Origin: an uncultured Acidobacteriota bacterium
Lineage (GTDB): Bacteria > Acidobacteriota > Terriglobia > Acidiferrales > UBA7541
DNA length: 64,000 nucleotides
Direction of reading: 5' to 3'
NCBI GenBank assembly: GCA_963778235.1
Contig: CAVZTQ010000002.1
Coordinates: 39,766 to 103,765, forward strand
This document shows, piece after piece, positions 17,159 to 26,849 of this stretch (positions are counted from its first letter, which is position 1; the number at the start of each line of letters is the position of its first letter). The notes under the pieces are model-generated. The model was given only the letters and a program-made list of their open reading frames with translations, was not told the origin of the DNA and made no database searches. A program made the position numbers and the translations under genes.

Positions 17159-18391
17159 ATGTGCTCTCTTAGGTTTACGCAGCGAATTAGTTTCCGGCAA
17201 GTGACTTCTTTGATTCTGCTATGCGCGCTACTTAGCGGATGCGGTTCCGGTTTGAAGTTAGTGGGCGGCAATCCTGTTGTGCCTCCTTCGACGATGCTGA
17301 CGTTCGCACTGCCGGTTCTGCTCGGCACGAACGGATCGAATCCGGCGTCCATCGCGATTGCTGATTTTAATGGCGACGGAAAACTGGATATCGCTGTCTC
17401 AAACTTTTTTTCAAACACCATCTCGATTTTCATCAACAGGGGTACCGGAATATTTAATAGTCCAATTTTGGTGCCCGTGACTATTACGGACAGCATTGGC
17501 GCGATTGCCGTCGGCGATTTTAATGAAGACGGGAAACCTGATCTCGTGGTGGGAACAATTTCTGGGCCGCAAGCGGATATCGTGCTGCTGAACACGGGCA
17601 ACGGGACGTTTGCCCAGCAGGCGCCAATTCCAAACTCGTTCGGCTTTTTTCAAGCGGTTGCCGTGGATTTGAATGGCGATGGACATTTGGATTTGGTCCG
17701 CTGCGGCAACGCGTTCGTGTCCGTTTCATTGGGGAAGGGCGATGGCACGTTCAGCGCCAGTGTGGATTTGACGCTCAGTCCCAACACCGCCGGCCCGGTG
17801 CAGGGGCTGGTCGTGAAGGATTTCAACGGAGACGGAAAACTGGATGTTGTGGCCGTGCAACCTACGACAGTGGTTGGCAACAACTTTACTCAGGGAAATC
17901 TGTTATTTTTCGCCGGCAATGGTGACGGGACTTTCAAGATCGGCACGTCAACGCCCTTAGGACTCGGTGAGTTAGTTTCGATCGTCGCCGGAGATTTTAG
18001 TGGCGATGGAAAACAAGACGTGGTGGTCGGAACGGCAGTCTCAGCGTTGCTTCTGCCCGGAAATGGCGATGGGACATTCGGCAAATCAGTGCTGGTGGTG
18101 AATCCTTCGGGAAGCACCGCGACAAATTTCGTGGAACTTGCAACCGCCGACTTCGATGTGGACGGCAAACCAGACGTTATTGCGACCAACTCTGGAAGCG
18201 GAACAGAAACGTTAGTTCTGAATAACGCGCTGGGAGTTTTTCCGCCGCCTGCAAATACATCGTACACATTCAATCTGATCGCCGGAGTTGCCGCAATTGC
18301 AGTGGGAGATTTTAGCGGAGATGGGCTGCCGGATTTCGTCACCGTCAATAACGTGACGAATCAAATCTCGATAATTCTTTCGCAGAAATAG
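17159..18391 (+). CDS. FG-GAP/VCBS-repeat lipoprotein (7 repeats, probable beta-propeller)
   Basis: Lipobox LLSGC. Seven DFNGDGKLD-type repeats: DFNGDGKLDIAV, GDFNEDGKPDLVV, VDLNGDGHLDLV, KDFNGDGKLDVV, GDFSGDGKQDVVV, ADFDVDGKPDVI, GDFSGDGLPDFV. Confidence 0.85.
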   Translation: MCSLRFTQRISFRQVTSLILLCALLSGCGSGLKLVGGNPVVPPSTMLTFALPVLLGTNGSNPASIAIADFNGDGKLDIAVSNFFSNTISIFINRGTGIFNSPILVPVTITDSIGAIAVGDFNEDGKPDLVVGTISGPQADIVLLNTGNGTFAQQAPIPNSFGFFQAVAVDLNGDGHLDLVRCGNAFVSVSLGKGDGTFSASVDLTLSPNTAGPVQGLVVKDFNGDGKLDVVAVQPTTVVGNNFTQGNLLFFAGNGDGTFKIGTSTPLGLGELVSIVAGDFSGDGKQDVVVGTAVSALLLPGNGDGTFGKSVLVVNPSGSTATNFVELATADFDVDGKPDVIATNSGSGTETLVLNNALGVFPPPANTSYTFNLIAGVAAIAVGDFSGDGLPDFVTVNNVTNQISIILSQK

Positions 18392-18471
18392 AACGGGAGA
18401 ATTGGGAGTCAGGATCCGTACACGTGAGGTCGATGTGTGAGGGACCCGATTCGGCGAACCCGGGCTACAAT

Positions 18472-19452
18472 TCATTTTCCAGATTTTTTCGCGTAATAGC
18501 CTTTGCGCGCGAAGATTTTGTATTTCTTGCCGGTTAGTTCCAGCTTCAATTGTCTGTATTTTCCGTCGGGGTCGCTGTTCGTAGGGTAATAGCCGATGGA
18601 ATATTCGGTGCGAAGCTCGTCAGAAATTTGATCGAAAGCTTTCTGAAGGCGCGACTGGTTCGCGACGTCAATCGCGCGGCCTCCGGTATCTTCGGTAAGG
18701 TGTTTTGCTGCGTCGAAATCCGCGTAATCCTTCTTGCCATAGACGACCAGCAACTGGACGAGGGTGTCGGCGCGTTGCGCGGCCTCAACTGCCTGCTTGA
18801 TGGTGATGTAACTGCCCTGATCGCTTGCGTCGGTGAGGATGATGAGCGCTTTGCGTCCTGCTTCGCCCGCCATTTTCTTCAAGCATGCGGTATAGATCGT
18901 GTCGTACAAACGCGTGCCGCCTTGATACGGAGAATACTGGCCGGGCCTGAGATGATTGGCGCCGCCCATCCCGATATCGGCTCGCCGAACGCTGCGATCG
19001 AGAGCCGCAAAGTCGCTCGTCCAATTGGAAAGCATCACGGCATCAGCATCGAATGCAACCACGAACGCTTTATCGCCTTCCTGAAGCACCCGGTGAAGGA
19101 ATTGAGTGGCGGCCATCTGTTCAGCGCCAATCATGTCTTGTTCACTGCCGCTGGTGTCAATCAATAGTCCAAGGGAAAGCGGCATAGTTTTTTCGTGCGA
19201 GAAGAACGCAATTTTTTGTTCGATTTTATCTTCAAAAATTCTGAAATCCGATTGATCGAGATTCGGCACGTTGACGTTATGTTTGTCGACGACCGTGGCG
19301 TAAATATTTACCAGCGGCACTCCGATGCGAATGGCGTCATCTTGCGGGGCCGCGGGAATGGCGGAAGCCGTGGCGCGACGGGCGGGGGTGCCAAGCAAAG
19401 TGGCGGATACGATAGCTAAGACAATCAACGCCGGCGTAGAACGGATTTGCAT
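18472..19452 (-). CDS. VWFA-related acidobacterial-domain protein (secreted VWA protein)
   Basis: Start moved to ATG 19452 (MQIRSTPALIVLAIVSATLLG signal peptide). N-terminal module IRIGVPLVNIYATVVDKHNVNVPNLDQSDFRIFEDKIEQKIAFFSHE is followed by a VWA fold with MIDAS-like LLIDTSGS. Confidence 0.8.
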   Translation of the reverse strand: MQIRSTPALIVLAIVSATLLGTPARRATASAIPAAPQDDAIRIGVPLVNIYATVVDKHNVNVPNLDQSDFRIFEDKIEQKIAFFSHEKTMPLSLGLLIDTSGSEQDMIGAEQMAATQFLHRVLQEGDKAFVVAFDADAVMLSNWTSDFAALDRSVRRADIGMGGANHLRPGQYSPYQGGTRLYDTIYTACLKKMAGEAGRKALIILTDASDQGSYITIKQAVEAAQRADTLVQLLVVYGKKDYADFDAAKHLTEDTGGRAIDVANQSRLQKAFDQISDELRTEYSIGYYPTNSDPDGKYRQLKLELTGKKYKIFARKGYYAKKSGK

Positions 19453-19616
19453 GGTTTTGGTTAGATGAAACTCCGTCGCTATTGGGGGCGGCCGAGTGAA
19501 AAATACGATCTGTGTTCGAGGGTACATTATTTTTGAGAAAGAAAACAATACGGAATAATGACAGGAAGGTGAAAGTTGCCGAGGGCGGAGAGTGAAGGCC
19601 GCCGCTCGAATGATCG

Positions 19617-19682
19617 ACAGGAATAAAAACAACAAGGCGAGCCTTGCACGAGAGTGGAGGCTCGTGCCGGCTCGCCTTGTTG
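19617..19682 (-). terminator. Rho-independent terminator of the TPR gene
   Basis: A perfect 14-bp outer stem (CAACAAGGCGAGCC 19630-19643 / GGCTCGCCTTGTTG 19669-19682) encloses a 7-bp inner stem (GCACGAG/CTCGTGC). On the minus strand TTTTTATT follows. It lies about 40 nt after the TPR stop. Confidence 0.75.
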
Positions 19683-19723
19683 GTACAGAAACCCTCAGGG
19701 GGAAAGTTGGGCTACAGTTTTTG

Positions 19724-20215
19724 TTAGCGAACGGTTTCGGCGACGGCCGGACCGGTGTGGCCTTCGATTACTTTCAGCGTGCGATGCCGCCATATCCCGA
19801 GGCTGCGATTCAAGAAATGACTGCGATGCAGAAACGGCAGCACTGGCTGACGCCGACTGGAGAGTTGATTCAGCATTCGGTAGATGCGTCCGTCACGTTG
19901 CGCATATTTGGTGGCCATCAAGAGAGTTTCGACGGCATCTTGTTTACGTCCTGCGGAGACGTAAACTTCCGCGAGATTCAGATAGAGTTGAGGTTGGTCG
20001 CGCTTACCCTTCAGCGCGGCGTTACAAAGTTCTTCGGCTTCGTCCCACTTCTGGTGTGCGCGGGCGAGGGTGAGTCCGAGATAGGAACGGTAAAAAGGAT
20101 TTTCTTCTTCGAGTTCACTGGCACGGCGAATATGTGACAGAGCTTTTTCGGAATAATCATCGCGCAAGTATCCAAGTGCTTTTCGGAACTCGGCGAATGC
20201 TTCTGTGTCGATCAT
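19724..20215 (-). CDS. Tetratricopeptide-repeat protein
   Basis: 163 aa. TPR-like helices (ALSHIRRASELEEENPFYRSYLGLTLARAHQKWDEAEELCNAALK...PQLYLNLAEVYVSAGRKQDAVETL). Confidence 0.75.
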   Translation of the reverse strand: MIDTEAFAEFRKALGYLRDDYSEKALSHIRRASELEEENPFYRSYLGLTLARAHQKWDEAEELCNAALKGKRDQPQLYLNLAEVYVSAGRKQDAVETLLMATKYAQRDGRIYRMLNQLSSRRQPVLPFLHRSHFLNRSLGIWRHRTLKVIEGHTGPAVAETVR

Positions 20216-20585
20216 GATGCCTCCGCGGGAATTGGAAGCTAGGGCGAGTACCGGCCGGAACCCGCCCCCAAAACTTACAGCGACAGTGAAAGCATTTTAT
20301 TTTGCGGGAGCCCCAAAAACTACTGGACGCGTGTACAGTCTTGGGACAGTCGAAAATGTGGGAAAAGTATTTCCACTATTTTGCATGCAGAAAAATCAAG
20401 CCGGGATTGACTTGTTTGATGGGGCAACGTAGAAGGGGTGGGCGGATTATGCATATGGGCAGGAGGAAATTGAGCGCGCAATTTGCGGCGCGTAATTGGT
20501 GGAATTGGGATAGTTTGCGCAGAGAGGCCTCGGGGCTTATGAGACGCCCCAAGCTACACGAACGGTTTTTTGCCGAGGTGACAGG

Positions 20586-23500
20586 ATGAGTTTTGTGGCT
20601 GAGAAAATTACGCGGGGATTTTGGCGTATTTGCGCGTGCGCAATGATATTCGCGGTGGTGGCTGGGGCGGCGATGGCGCAGCAGACGAACTCACTCGAAA
20701 CGCGAATTGCGGCGATCATGGAGCGGCCGGAATTTAAATATACAAGTTTCGGGATTGAGTTTTATTCGCTGGATAAGGGCAAGGCGATTTACAAGCTGGA
20801 TGCTGGGAAGCTTTTCACGCCGGGTTCCACTACGAAATTGCTGACGGAAGGTACTGCGCTGGCTTTGTTGGGCGCGGATTATCGATTTCACACGAAGGTG
20901 TATCGGACGGGACTGATTGATGCGGATGGCACGTTGAAGGGCGATTTGATTTTGGTGGCCAGCGGCGACCCGAATTTGAGTGGGCGGATTCAGTCTGACG
21001 GCACGATGGGATATACCAACGAGGACCACTCGTATGCAGGGAGTCCCGACACGAAGGCGGTGCCGGGCGATCCGCTGATGGTGATTCGCGAACTGGCGGC
21101 GCAGGTGGCGGCGCGCGGAGTGAAGCGCGTTGAAGGACATGTGATTGTGGACGCGTCATTATTCCGCGAAGGCGCGCGCGAGCTGGGAACCGGCGCGGTG
21201 ATTTCGCCGATCTCGGTGAATGACAATTGTGTGGACATCACCGTGGCGCCGGGCGAGAAGGTCGGCGATGCGGTTGCCGTGACAGTTTCTCCGCAGACGA
21301 GCTATGTGCGATTTCTGGTGCGCATGAATACCGGTGACAAAGATACGCAGCCGATGATGCGTTACAACTCGGACGATACGGACGCCGAAGGGAAGCACAC
21401 CGTAATTCTGGCCGGCAGTGTGCCGCTGGGCGGGCCGCCAATTTTGTGGACGTACAAAGTGCCGGAGCCCAGCCGGTTTGCGGAAATTGCTTTTGTGGAG
21501 GCGTTGAAGGAAAAGGGAGTTGCGGCGGAGCTTCGTTCAGCGACGACGAAGCCGGATTTCGCGGCGGTTGCTCCTCAATATAAGGATGATGCCATTGTGG
21601 CGGAGCACGTGTCGCCACCGCTTTCTGAAGAAATAAAAGTTACGTTGAAAGTGAGCCAGAATTTGCATGCCAGCATGACACCTTCGATTGTTGGTGCGCT
21701 GGTCGTGCCGTCGCTGACGGGGAACGCATCCGAACAGGCTGGTTTCGACAAGGAAAACAAATTCTTAACGAAGGCGGGACTGGATTTAGGCGGCGCTTCG
21801 CAGGGCGACGGAGCTGGCGGCGCGCAGTCGGCATATTTCACGCCGGAATTTATGGTGTCGTATCTCACGTACTGGTCGAAGCGTCCGGACTTCAAGATTT
21901 TTTACGACGCACTGCCGATTCTGGGGCGCGACGGAACGCTGTGGAATATCCAGCCGGATTCGCCGGCGGCTGGGAGCGTTCACGCGAAGACGGGAACGTT
22001 CAGCGCCGGTAATGCGCTTACAAAAACTTTGATGGTCACGGGCAAGGGTCTTGCAGGATATATGACGACCGCCAGCGGTGAGCATTTGGCGTTCGCGATT
22101 TATGCGAATCATGTGACGGTGCCGAGAGATTTGCCGGATGCTGCGTCGAAAATTGTTGGTCAGGCGCTGGGTGAAATTGCCGCGGCGGCATATGACGGGC
22201 GTTCAACCGCCCCGACCAAAGAAGTAGCTTCACCGCAGGCACCATCCGCCGAATACGATATTTTGATTCGCAACGGGCACATCGTGGATGGCAGCGGAAA
22301 TCCGTGGTACGCGGGGGATGTTGCGATAAGCGGAAATCGTATTGTGAAGATTGGGAATCTGAAGGATGCACACGCGAAGCGGGTGATTGACGCGAAGGGA
22401 ATGGCCGTCGCGCCGGGATTTATCGACATGCTCGGCCAATCGGAAACCTCTTTGCTGATTGACAGCCGCTCTCTGAGCAAGCTTTCGCAGGGAATTACTT
22501 CCGAAATTACAGGCGAGGGTGGAAGCATCGCGCCACAGGACGCATTAACGCTCGAGCCGCTGAAGCCCTTCCTGGATCACTACAAGCTGATGGTCGATTG
22601 GACGGATTTGGACGGATATTTCCGCCGATTGGAAAAATCGGGCACGCCGATTAATTTCGGAACATATGTCGGCGCGGCGCAAGTCCGCGAAGCTGTGCTG
22701 GGCGACGCTGACCGTGCGCCGACGGCGGATGAACTCGCGAAAATGAAAGCGCTTGTCGCGACGGCGATGCAACAAGGCGCGATGGGAGTTTCTACCGCGC
22801 TGATTTATCCTCCGGGACATTTTGCAAAAACGGACGAGCTGATCGCACTCGCGAGCGTGGCGGGAACTTACGGCGGAATCTACGCGTCGCATATGCGCAG
22901 CGAGGGCCGCGCGCAAATGGCGGCGCTCGACGAAGCAATTCGCATCGGCCGTGAAGCGAGACTTCCCGTCGAGATATTTCATCTGAAAGTTGCGGGCAAG
23001 GATCGCTGGGGACAAATGCCGCTGGTCGTGAAGAAAATTGAAGCCGCGCGGCAGTCCGGCATCGATATCGCGGCGGACATGTATCCCTATTTGGCCGGTG
23101 CGACGGCACTCTCTTCGGCACTGCCTCCGTGGGTTGCAGCGGGCGGGCCGGCGAAGGAAATCGAGCGACTGCACGATCCGAAAATGCGCGCTCGAATTAA
23201 ATTGGAAATGGCGGTAAGTCACGCGGACTGGGAAAATTTATATTTGGCGTCAGGCGGCGCGGGAGGAGTGATGATCGCGTCGGTTTTCAGTCCGGAGCTG
23301 AAGAAATACGAAGGCAAAACGGTTGCGGAAATGGCGGCATCCGAACACAAGACACCGATTGACGCGCTGATGGATTTTGTAATTGAGGATAATTTACAGA
23401 CCGGCGCACTTTATTTTATTGCCAGCGAACCGGACCTTCGTACCGGCCTTTCGCAATCGTGGACGAGCATCGGTCTGGACGCGAATGAGGAGTCGCTCGA

Positions 23501-23873
23501 CGGACCACTATTCAATCCGCACGACCATCCGCGAACGTGGGGCGCGATGCCGCGATTTCTGGGCCACTATTCGCGTGATTTGAAAATGATGCCGATGGAG
23601 CAGGCGGTACGGAAAATTACTACGCTGCCTGCTGAGCGCGAGCATCTAACCGAGCGCGGAATGTTGAGGGCGGGATATTTTGCGGACATCACAATTTTCG
23701 ATCCGGAGAAAATTATCGATCACGCGACGTACACGAAACCCGGCCAGCTTTCCGATGGCGTGGCTTTCGTGCTGGTGAATGGGCAGGTTGCGTTTGAGGC
23801 GGGGAAAATTACCGGCGTGACAGCGGGCGTTCCGTTGCGCGGGCCGGGATGGAAGGCTGGATCGTCGAATTAG
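20586..23873 (+). CDS. Fusion protein: N-terminal PBP4-type D-Ala-D-Ala carboxypeptidase/endopeptidase (peptidase S13), C-terminal N-acyl-D-amino-acid deacylase (D-aminoacylase, amidohydrolase fold)
   Basis: Signal peptide. S13 motifs: STTK (20826-20837), GDLILVASGDPNLSG, HAKTGT (KTG at 21987-21995). Linker STAPTKEVASPQAPSAE. From about 22251: YDILIRNGHIVDGSGNPWYAGDVAISGNRIVKIGNL...VAPGFIDMLGQSE...YASHMRSEG...EIFHLKVAG...ADMYPY, typical of the D-aminoacylase family. Confidence 0.85.
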   Translation: MSFVAEKITRGFWRICACAMIFAVVAGAAMAQQTNSLETRIAAIMERPEFKYTSFGIEFYSLDKGKAIYKLDAGKLFTPGSTTKLLTEGTALALLGADYRFHTKVYRTGLIDADGTLKGDLILVASGDPNLSGRIQSDGTMGYTNEDHSYAGSPDTKAVPGDPLMVIRELAAQVAARGVKRVEGHVIVDASLFREGARELGTGAVISPISVNDNCVDITVAPGEKVGDAVAVTVSPQTSYVRFLVRMNTGDKDTQPMMRYNSDDTDAEGKHTVILAGSVPLGGPPILWTYKVPEPSRFAEIAFVEALKEKGVAAELRSATTKPDFAAVAPQYKDDAIVAEHVSPPLSEEIKVTLKVSQNLHASMTPSIVGALVVPSLTGNASEQAGFDKENKFLTKAGLDLGGASQGDGAGGAQSAYFTPEFMVSYLTYWSKRPDFKIFYDALPILGRDGTLWNIQPDSPAAGSVHAKTGTFSAGNALTKTLMVTGKGLAGYMTTASGEHLAFAIYANHVTVPRDLPDAASKIVGQALGEIAAAAYDGRSTAPTKEVASPQAPSAEYDILIRNGHIVDGSGNPWYAGDVAISGNRIVKIGNLKDAHAKRVIDAKGMAVAPGFIDMLGQSETSLLIDSRSLSKLSQGITSEITGEGGSIAPQDALTLEPLKPFLDHYKLMVDWTDLDGYFRRLEKSGTPINFGTYVGAAQVREAVLGDADRAPTADELAKMKALVATAMQQGAMGVSTALIYPPGHFAKTDELIALASVAGTYGGIYASHMRSEGRAQMAALDEAIRIGREARLPVEIFHLKVAGKDRWGQMPLVVKKIEAARQSGIDIAADMYPYLAGATALSSALPPWVAAGGPAKEIERLHDPKMRARIKLEMAVSHADWENLYLASGGAGGVMIASVFSPELKKYEGKTVAEMAASEHKTPIDALMDFVIEDNLQTGALYFIASEPDLRTGLSQSWTSIGLDANEESLDGPLFNPHDHPRTWGAMPRFLGHYSRDLKMMPMEQAVRKITTLPAEREHLTERGMLRAGYFADITIFDPEKIIDHATYTKPGQLSDGVAFVLVNGQVAFEAGKITGVTAGVPLRGPGWKAGSSN

Positions 23874-23897
23874 TATGTTTCGGCGGAAAGATAACGA

Positions 23898-23919
23898 GCC
23901 GGCAGGATGCCGGCGCTAC
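23898..23919 (-). repeat. REP-like element, class IV (GTAG + GCCGGCA-TCC-TGCCGGC hairpin)
   Basis: The minus strand reads TTTCGTAGCGCCGGCATCCTGCCGGC. It lies 25 nt after the stop of the PBP4 fusion gene. Confidence 0.6.
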
Positions 23920-23957
23920 GAAACTTGGCGCGCTAAGAGGAATTGGAGATCGCTGAA

Positions 23958-24767
23958 ATGAATTTCGCGAAGGAATTGAAAGTCCGGCCGGGAAAGCGCG
24001 TGAAGCTTTCGCATTACGATGCCGCCGAAACATTTGGATACGAGAAGGACGCTGATTGTAAAAGGCTGACGGAAAAATCGCTGGCCCATATGGATGCGGC
24101 GCAGGACTTGCTGTATGCCGAAAACAAGCGCGCGGTATTAATCGTTTTGCAGGGGATGGACGCGGCGGGTAAGGACGGCACAATCCGTCACGTGATGTCC
24201 GGCGTGAATCCGCAAGGATGTTCCGTCACAGCGTTCAAGGTTCCATCGCATGTTGAAGCGCAGCACGATTTTCTGTGGCGCGCGCACGTGGCCGTGCCGG
24301 GTCGCGGTCAAATTGGAATCTTCAATCGCTCCTACTATGAAGATGTGCTGGTCGTGCGCGTTCACAAGCTCGTTCCGGAAGAGGTGTGGAAGAAGCGGTA
24401 CGAGCAAATCAACAATTTTGAAGCGATGCTCGCCGAAAATAATGTCACGCTGCTGAAATTTTTTCTGCACATCAGCAAAGACGAGCAGAAGCGGCGCTTC
24501 GAGGAACGGCTCAAGGACCCCAGTCACCAATGGAAGTTATCTCCGGCGGATTTGGCGGAGCGGAAATATTGGGATGATTATGTTGAAGCGTACGAAGCGG
24601 CGTTGACGAAGTGCAATACTGGGGACGCGCCGTGGCACATCATTCCCGCGAATCATAAATGGTTCCGGAATCTGGCGGTTTCAAGAATAATTGCGCGCAC
24701 GCTGGAAGGCTTCCACATGAAATATCCGAAGCCGTCGTTTGATTTTTCCCACTACAAGCTGAAGTAG
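23958..24767 (+). CDS. ppk2: Polyphosphate kinase 2 family (polyphosphate:nucleotide phosphotransferase)
   Basis: LIVLQGMDAAGKDGTIRHVMSGVNPQGCSVTAFKVPS...FNRSYYEDVLVVRVH...LKFFLHISKDEQKRRFEERL...WKLSPADL. ATG 23958 with GGAG 9 nt upstream is preferred over TTG 23943. Confidence 0.88.
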   Translation: MNFAKELKVRPGKRVKLSHYDAAETFGYEKDADCKRLTEKSLAHMDAAQDLLYAENKRAVLIVLQGMDAAGKDGTIRHVMSGVNPQGCSVTAFKVPSHVEAQHDFLWRAHVAVPGRGQIGIFNRSYYEDVLVVRVHKLVPEEVWKKRYEQINNFEAMLAENNVTLLKFFLHISKDEQKRRFEERLKDPSHQWKLSPADLAERKYWDDYVEAYEAALTKCNTGDAPWHIIPANHKWFRNLAVSRIIARTLEGFHMKYPKPSFDFSHYKLK

Positions 24768-24784
24768 TTTTCCCACTCCCGCCA

Positions 24785-24813
24785 TTGACTGTTATTTTCC
24801 GAGAGAGTATTTT
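24785..24813 (+). promoter_or_regulatory. Candidate sigma70-type promoter for the four-paralog array
   Basis: TTGACT (24785-24790), a 17-nt spacer, then TATTTT (24808-24813). It lies about 35 nt upstream of ATG 24847. Confidence 0.3.
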
Positions 24814-24846
24814 TGCGCTGTCGGGTTGACATATATGGGAGGAATT

Positions 24847-25752
24847 ATGTTTCGTCGATTCGTGGCAGGTGCGCTAATGACGCTCGGTCTTGCTGTGCTC
24901 GTGACAATGGCAGATGAAGCGTGGGCGGATAAGGATTGGCATCAATGGTCGAAGGACGAAGTAAACGTCGTGCTGCACGATTCACCGTGGAGCAAGCGTT
25001 GGGCGAAAGGCCAAGTGAATACCAGCGCGGCATTGCCTGGTATCTCCGGAGCCGGTCAGGAAGGCGCGGCTGGCGAAGGCGCGCCGCGGATTGACTACTA
25101 CTTCCAGATTCGATCGGCGGAGCCGGTGCGCGATGCAATTGTTCGCCAGTTCCAGTTCGACCAGTCATACGACACGAGTATGTCGGCCAGCGAAAAAAAA
25201 TCCTTCGACGAAAAAGCCGCGCAGATCATAAATCGCCGGTATGACGATTCAATCGTCGTGCACGTCCTCTACAGCTCAAATATTCAGGCATTCGAGAGAG
25301 ATTTGGCGACGTACTGGCAGAGCCTGACGCAGGATTCAATTAAAGATAGGGTTTATCTGATCACTGAGCGCGGCGACCGCATCGCGCCAAACCGGTTTGT
25401 GTCGTCACGCACAGGCTCATATGAATTTGAATTGAATTTCCCGCGCACAGTAAATGGCGAGCCTTTGATTCATCCAGACGATAAAGAGTTCAGCATACAA
25501 TTCACCAATCCTCCTGTGGGTGACACACAATCTACCGGAAGTCGTGCGCCGAACAGCGCTGGACTCGCGCAATCGGGCGCGGCGCGGGAAGCCAGTCGGG
25601 GTACTACCGCAGCGAACAGGAATCCCTTGCCTCCGACGGGCGCAAATTCAACAAATCCTACCAGTCACACCGTCGCGAGTTTTAAGGCGGAGCGAGTACT
25701 GGTTCAATTCAATGTAGCTAGCATGATGTGGAAAGGGAAACCGGCATTTTGA
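24847..25752 (+). CDS. Secreted protein of unknown function, paralog 1 of 4 (Trp-rich N-terminal motif family)
   Basis: SD GGGAGG plus ATG 24847, with a signal peptide. Motif KDWHQWSKDEVNVVLHDSPWSKRW, then YDDSIVVHVLYSSNIQAFERDLATYW, RFVSS..GSYEFELNFPR, ERVLVQF. It is the most diverged member and has the longest low-complexity insert before ERVL. Confidence 0.8.
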   Translation: MFRRFVAGALMTLGLAVLVTMADEAWADKDWHQWSKDEVNVVLHDSPWSKRWAKGQVNTSAALPGISGAGQEGAAGEGAPRIDYYFQIRSAEPVRDAIVRQFQFDQSYDTSMSASEKKSFDEKAAQIINRRYDDSIVVHVLYSSNIQAFERDLATYWQSLTQDSIKDRVYLITERGDRIAPNRFVSSRTGSYEFELNFPRTVNGEPLIHPDDKEFSIQFTNPPVGDTQSTGSRAPNSAGLAQSGAAREASRGTTAANRNPLPPTGANSTNPTSHTVASFKAERVLVQFNVASMMWKGKPAF

Positions 25753-25814
25753 GATTTGAATGTGGGAATCGAGTTTCGTGAAGATGGTGATTGGAACGAA
25801 AAGGGGGAAATTTT

Positions 25815-26717
25815 ATGAATCGTCGCCGATATGCAATCGCGGTAATGGGAGTTCTTGCACTGGCGGTTCTAACCGTGCAAGCCGAGGATTTTTGGGTCAA
25901 GAAGGACTGGACGAAGTGGTCGAAAGACGAATGCAATAAAATTTTGACTGATTCGCCGTGGAGCAAGAAGTGGGGCAAGGGCGAAGTAGCGCTCAGCGCG
26001 GCACTGCCTTCACAACAGCAGGTCAATCCAGCGAATGACAAATCGATGGGCGGGGGCGGCACGCTGGGCTCGTCCGCCACAGGAACGACCGGCGCCGGGC
26101 AGGAAGGCGCGGGCGGGGACAACAATATCGAGATTCATTACTACATCGAGTTGCAATCGGCGCTACCGGTGCGTCAGGCGCTGATTCGCCGAGCGCAATT
26201 CAACAACAACTACGACAAGCTGGACGCGGAGCACAAGAAGGCGTTTGATGCGCAGGTAAAAGGCCTTCTGGACGCGACCTATGATGACGCGATTGATGTC
26301 CGCGTTTCGTACGGGTCAGCACAGCAATATTTGGAACGCCAACTTGCGACGTACTGGAAGTCAATTCCAGAGAACTCACTTCCAGTTGACGTTTATCTAA
26401 TCAATGAGAAGGGCGACCACATCCCGCCGGCGAAATTCCTTTCTCCCAAGGGCGCGGATTATTCATTTGATTTGATTTTTCCGCGCATGCAAAACAATGA
26501 GCCGGTGATTCGCACGACGGACAAATCGTTCAGCGTACAGTTTCCGCATCCGGCGATTGGCTCGCAGAAAAAAGGGCAGAATATTCCAACGGACCCAAGT
26601 AATCCGAATGCCGAAGGTACAGGAAGCACTCCGGCCACAACCAGCCTCGGCAGGGAACGCGTGCTGGTGACCTATCAGTTGAACAAGATGGTGGTGGGCG
26701 GGAAACCGCTCTACTGA
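25815..26717 (+). CDS. Secreted protein of unknown function, paralog 2 of 4
   Basis: Signal peptide ...LTVQA/EDFWVKKDWTKWSKDECNKILTDSPWSKKW, then LQSALPVRQALIR, YDDAIDVRVSYGS, LATYWKSIP, YSFDLIFPRMQNNEPV, ERVLVTY. Confidence 0.82.
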   Translation: MNRRRYAIAVMGVLALAVLTVQAEDFWVKKDWTKWSKDECNKILTDSPWSKKWGKGEVALSAALPSQQQVNPANDKSMGGGGTLGSSATGTTGAGQEGAGGDNNIEIHYYIELQSALPVRQALIRRAQFNNNYDKLDAEHKKAFDAQVKGLLDATYDDAIDVRVSYGSAQQYLERQLATYWKSIPENSLPVDVYLINEKGDHIPPAKFLSPKGADYSFDLIFPRMQNNEPVIRTTDKSFSVQFPHPAIGSQKKGQNIPTDPSNPNAEGTGSTPATTSLGRERVLVTYQLNKMVVGGKPLY

Positions 26718-26849
26718 TTATTTACAGACAAGCTAGGCCACGACCAGTAGCAAGGCTATATTATATCGTCGTTACGTGAGCGCAGTGGCCTGAAGTCACA
26801 ATTTTGTGGCGTCAGGCCATTTGCGTGTATCCAACTTCCGGAGGGAAGA

